A stretch of DNA of 64,000 nt from Leucoraja ocellata (taxonomy: Eukaryota), in assembly GCA_036785375.1 (NCBI GenBank), contig JAWMAR010000122.1, forward strand, positions 5,890,001 through 5,954,000. The letters are read 5' to 3'. The notes below the pieces were generated by a model. It was given only the letters and a program-made list of their open reading frames with translations. It was not told the DNA's origin and did no database searches. The position numbers and the translations under genes are program-made. Shown piece by piece: positions 62,353 to 64,000 of the stretch; the stretch's first letter is position 1; the number at the start of each line of letters is the position of its first letter.

Positions 62353-63584
62353 CCTCCATAATGTTTGGGACAAAGACCCATCATTTATTTATTTGCCTCT
62401 GTAAGAGAACTCTCAGCACCTATTCTTTTCACCAGTCTTTCCATCACCTTTGGAAACTTTTATTGCTGTTGATCAACATGAGGACCAAAGTTGTGCCAAG
62501 GAAAGTCAAAGAAGCCAGTATGAGCCTGAGAAACAAGAATACAACTGTTGGAGACATCATCCAAAACTCATGCTTACCAAAATCAACTGTTTGGAACATC
62601 ATTAAGAAGAAAGAGAGCACTGGTAAGCTTACTAATCGCAAAGGCAACACTACAAGATGCAAACCACTGGTTAGCTTCAAAAATAGGATGGCCAGGTTAC
62701 AGTTTGCCAAGAAGTACTTAAAAGAGCATCCACAATTCTGGAAAAAGGCCTAGTGGACAGATGAGACGAAGATTACTTATATCAGAGTGATGGCAAGAGC
62801 AAAGTATGGAGGAAAGAAGGAACTGCCCAAGATCCAAAGCATACCACCTCATCTGTGAAACACCGTGGTGGGGGTGTTATGCCTGGGCATGTATGGCTGC
62901 TGGAGCTACTGGCTCACTTATCTTAATTGATGATACAACTGCTGATGGTAGTAGCATAATGAATTCGGAAGTGTATAGACACATGCTATCTGCTCAAGTT
63001 CAAACAAATACCTCAAAACTCATTGGCCGGCGGTTCATTCTACAGCAAGACAATGATCCCAAACATACTGCTAAAGCAACAAAGGAGTTTTTCAAAGCTA
63101 AAAAAATGGTCAATTCTTGAGTGGCCAAGTCAATCACCCGATCTGAACCCAATTGAGCATGCCTTTTATATGCTGAAGAGAAAACTGAAGGGGACAAGCA
63201 TAAGCTAAAGATGGCTACAATACAGGCCTGGCAGAGCATCACCGGAGAAGACACCCAGCAACTGGTGATGTCCATGAATCACAGACTTCAAGCAGTCATT
63301 GTATGCAAAGGATATGCAACAAAATTCTAAACATGACTACTTTCCTTTGCATGACATTGCTGTGTTCCAAACATTATTGTGCGCTAAAATGGGGGGACTA
63401 TGTATAAACACTGCTGTAATTTCTACATGGTGAAACCAAAATGTATAAAAATGGCCTTTATTAAAATCTGACAACGTGCACTTTAACCACATGTGACTTT
63501 TTCTATTACAAATCTCAAATTGTGAAGTACAGAGGCAAATAAATAAATGATGAGTCTTTGTCCCAAACATTATGGAGGGCACTG
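62353..63584 (+). mobile_element. Tc1/mariner element with decayed DDE transposase
   Basis: TIR remnants at both ends (left one internally deleted); HTH KSTVWNIIKK, WTDETK, LQQDNDPKH and WPSQSPDLNPIEH; stop at ~62751 plus frameshifts. Same family as 23089-29237. Confidence 0.92.
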
Positions 63585-64000
63585 TGGGCAGGTTCCTCTT
63601 TGGAATGTTGGCAGCTCAGGGATGACCTTATTGAGATGTACAAAAAATTATGAGATGCATGGATGCAATGAATTCTCAGTCTTTTTCTCGAAGGAGAGGA
63701 TTTTAAAACTAGAAGGTATAGGATTATGGTAAGAAGATAGAGATTTAAGAGGGATCACAGCAGCACTCTGAGATAGTTCATATCTGGAAAGACTTGCCAG
63801 ATGAAGTTGTAGAAGTGGATATAATTGTGACTTAAAAGGCATTTGGTCAAAAATATATGAATATAAAGGTTTAGAGGTTTACGGGCCAAATGCAGGCAAA
63901 TGGGACTAGCACAACACACTAACAGCCGACATGCTAGTTTAGTTTAGAGATACAGCATGGATACCAATCCTTCGGCCCACTGAGTCTGCGCTGACCAACA

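Noticed and set aside
62478-63330. Active Tc1 transposase gene
   Set aside because: Internal deletion, stop codon and frameshifts, and a damaged left TIR.

Overview
Vertebrate nuclear DNA. The repeat content (HE1/V-SINE-like SINEs, CR1/HER1-like LINEs, abundant Penelope-like elements, Rex-Babar, Tc1) suggests a cartilaginous fish, probably a skate or ray; this is inference. The one clear host gene is MIER1 (+ strand). I traced 11 coding exons by hand from ATG 19884 to 60398; all introns are GT-AG and phase-consistent, giving about 368 codons (acidic region, ELM2, SANT). The 3' exons lie beyond the window. A CpG-rich, probably bidirectional promoter at about 19.4-19.9 kb carries RFX X-box-like motifs and a candidate minus-strand first exon, possibly DNAI4/WDR78 by synteny. 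Bases 1-11304 are a near-identical copy of 23438-34733, including MIER1 exon 4, and stop exactly at a 200-N gap, so this is most likely a false or haplotypic duplication. Most of the rest is transposon-derived. The main findings are: a TSD-flanked ~0.5 kb palindromic Penelope-derived insertion with two minimal hammerhead-ribozyme-like cores; a shared TGCTAG motif at three 15-bp TSDs; a nested Penelope>Tc1>hAT-like>5 kb cargo structure; a 28-bp perfect-palindrome mini-transposon with an 8-bp TSD; and a candidate 36-nt MIER1 cassette exon absent from the human protein as I recall it. TE boundaries are approximate unless a TSD or TIR is quoted.
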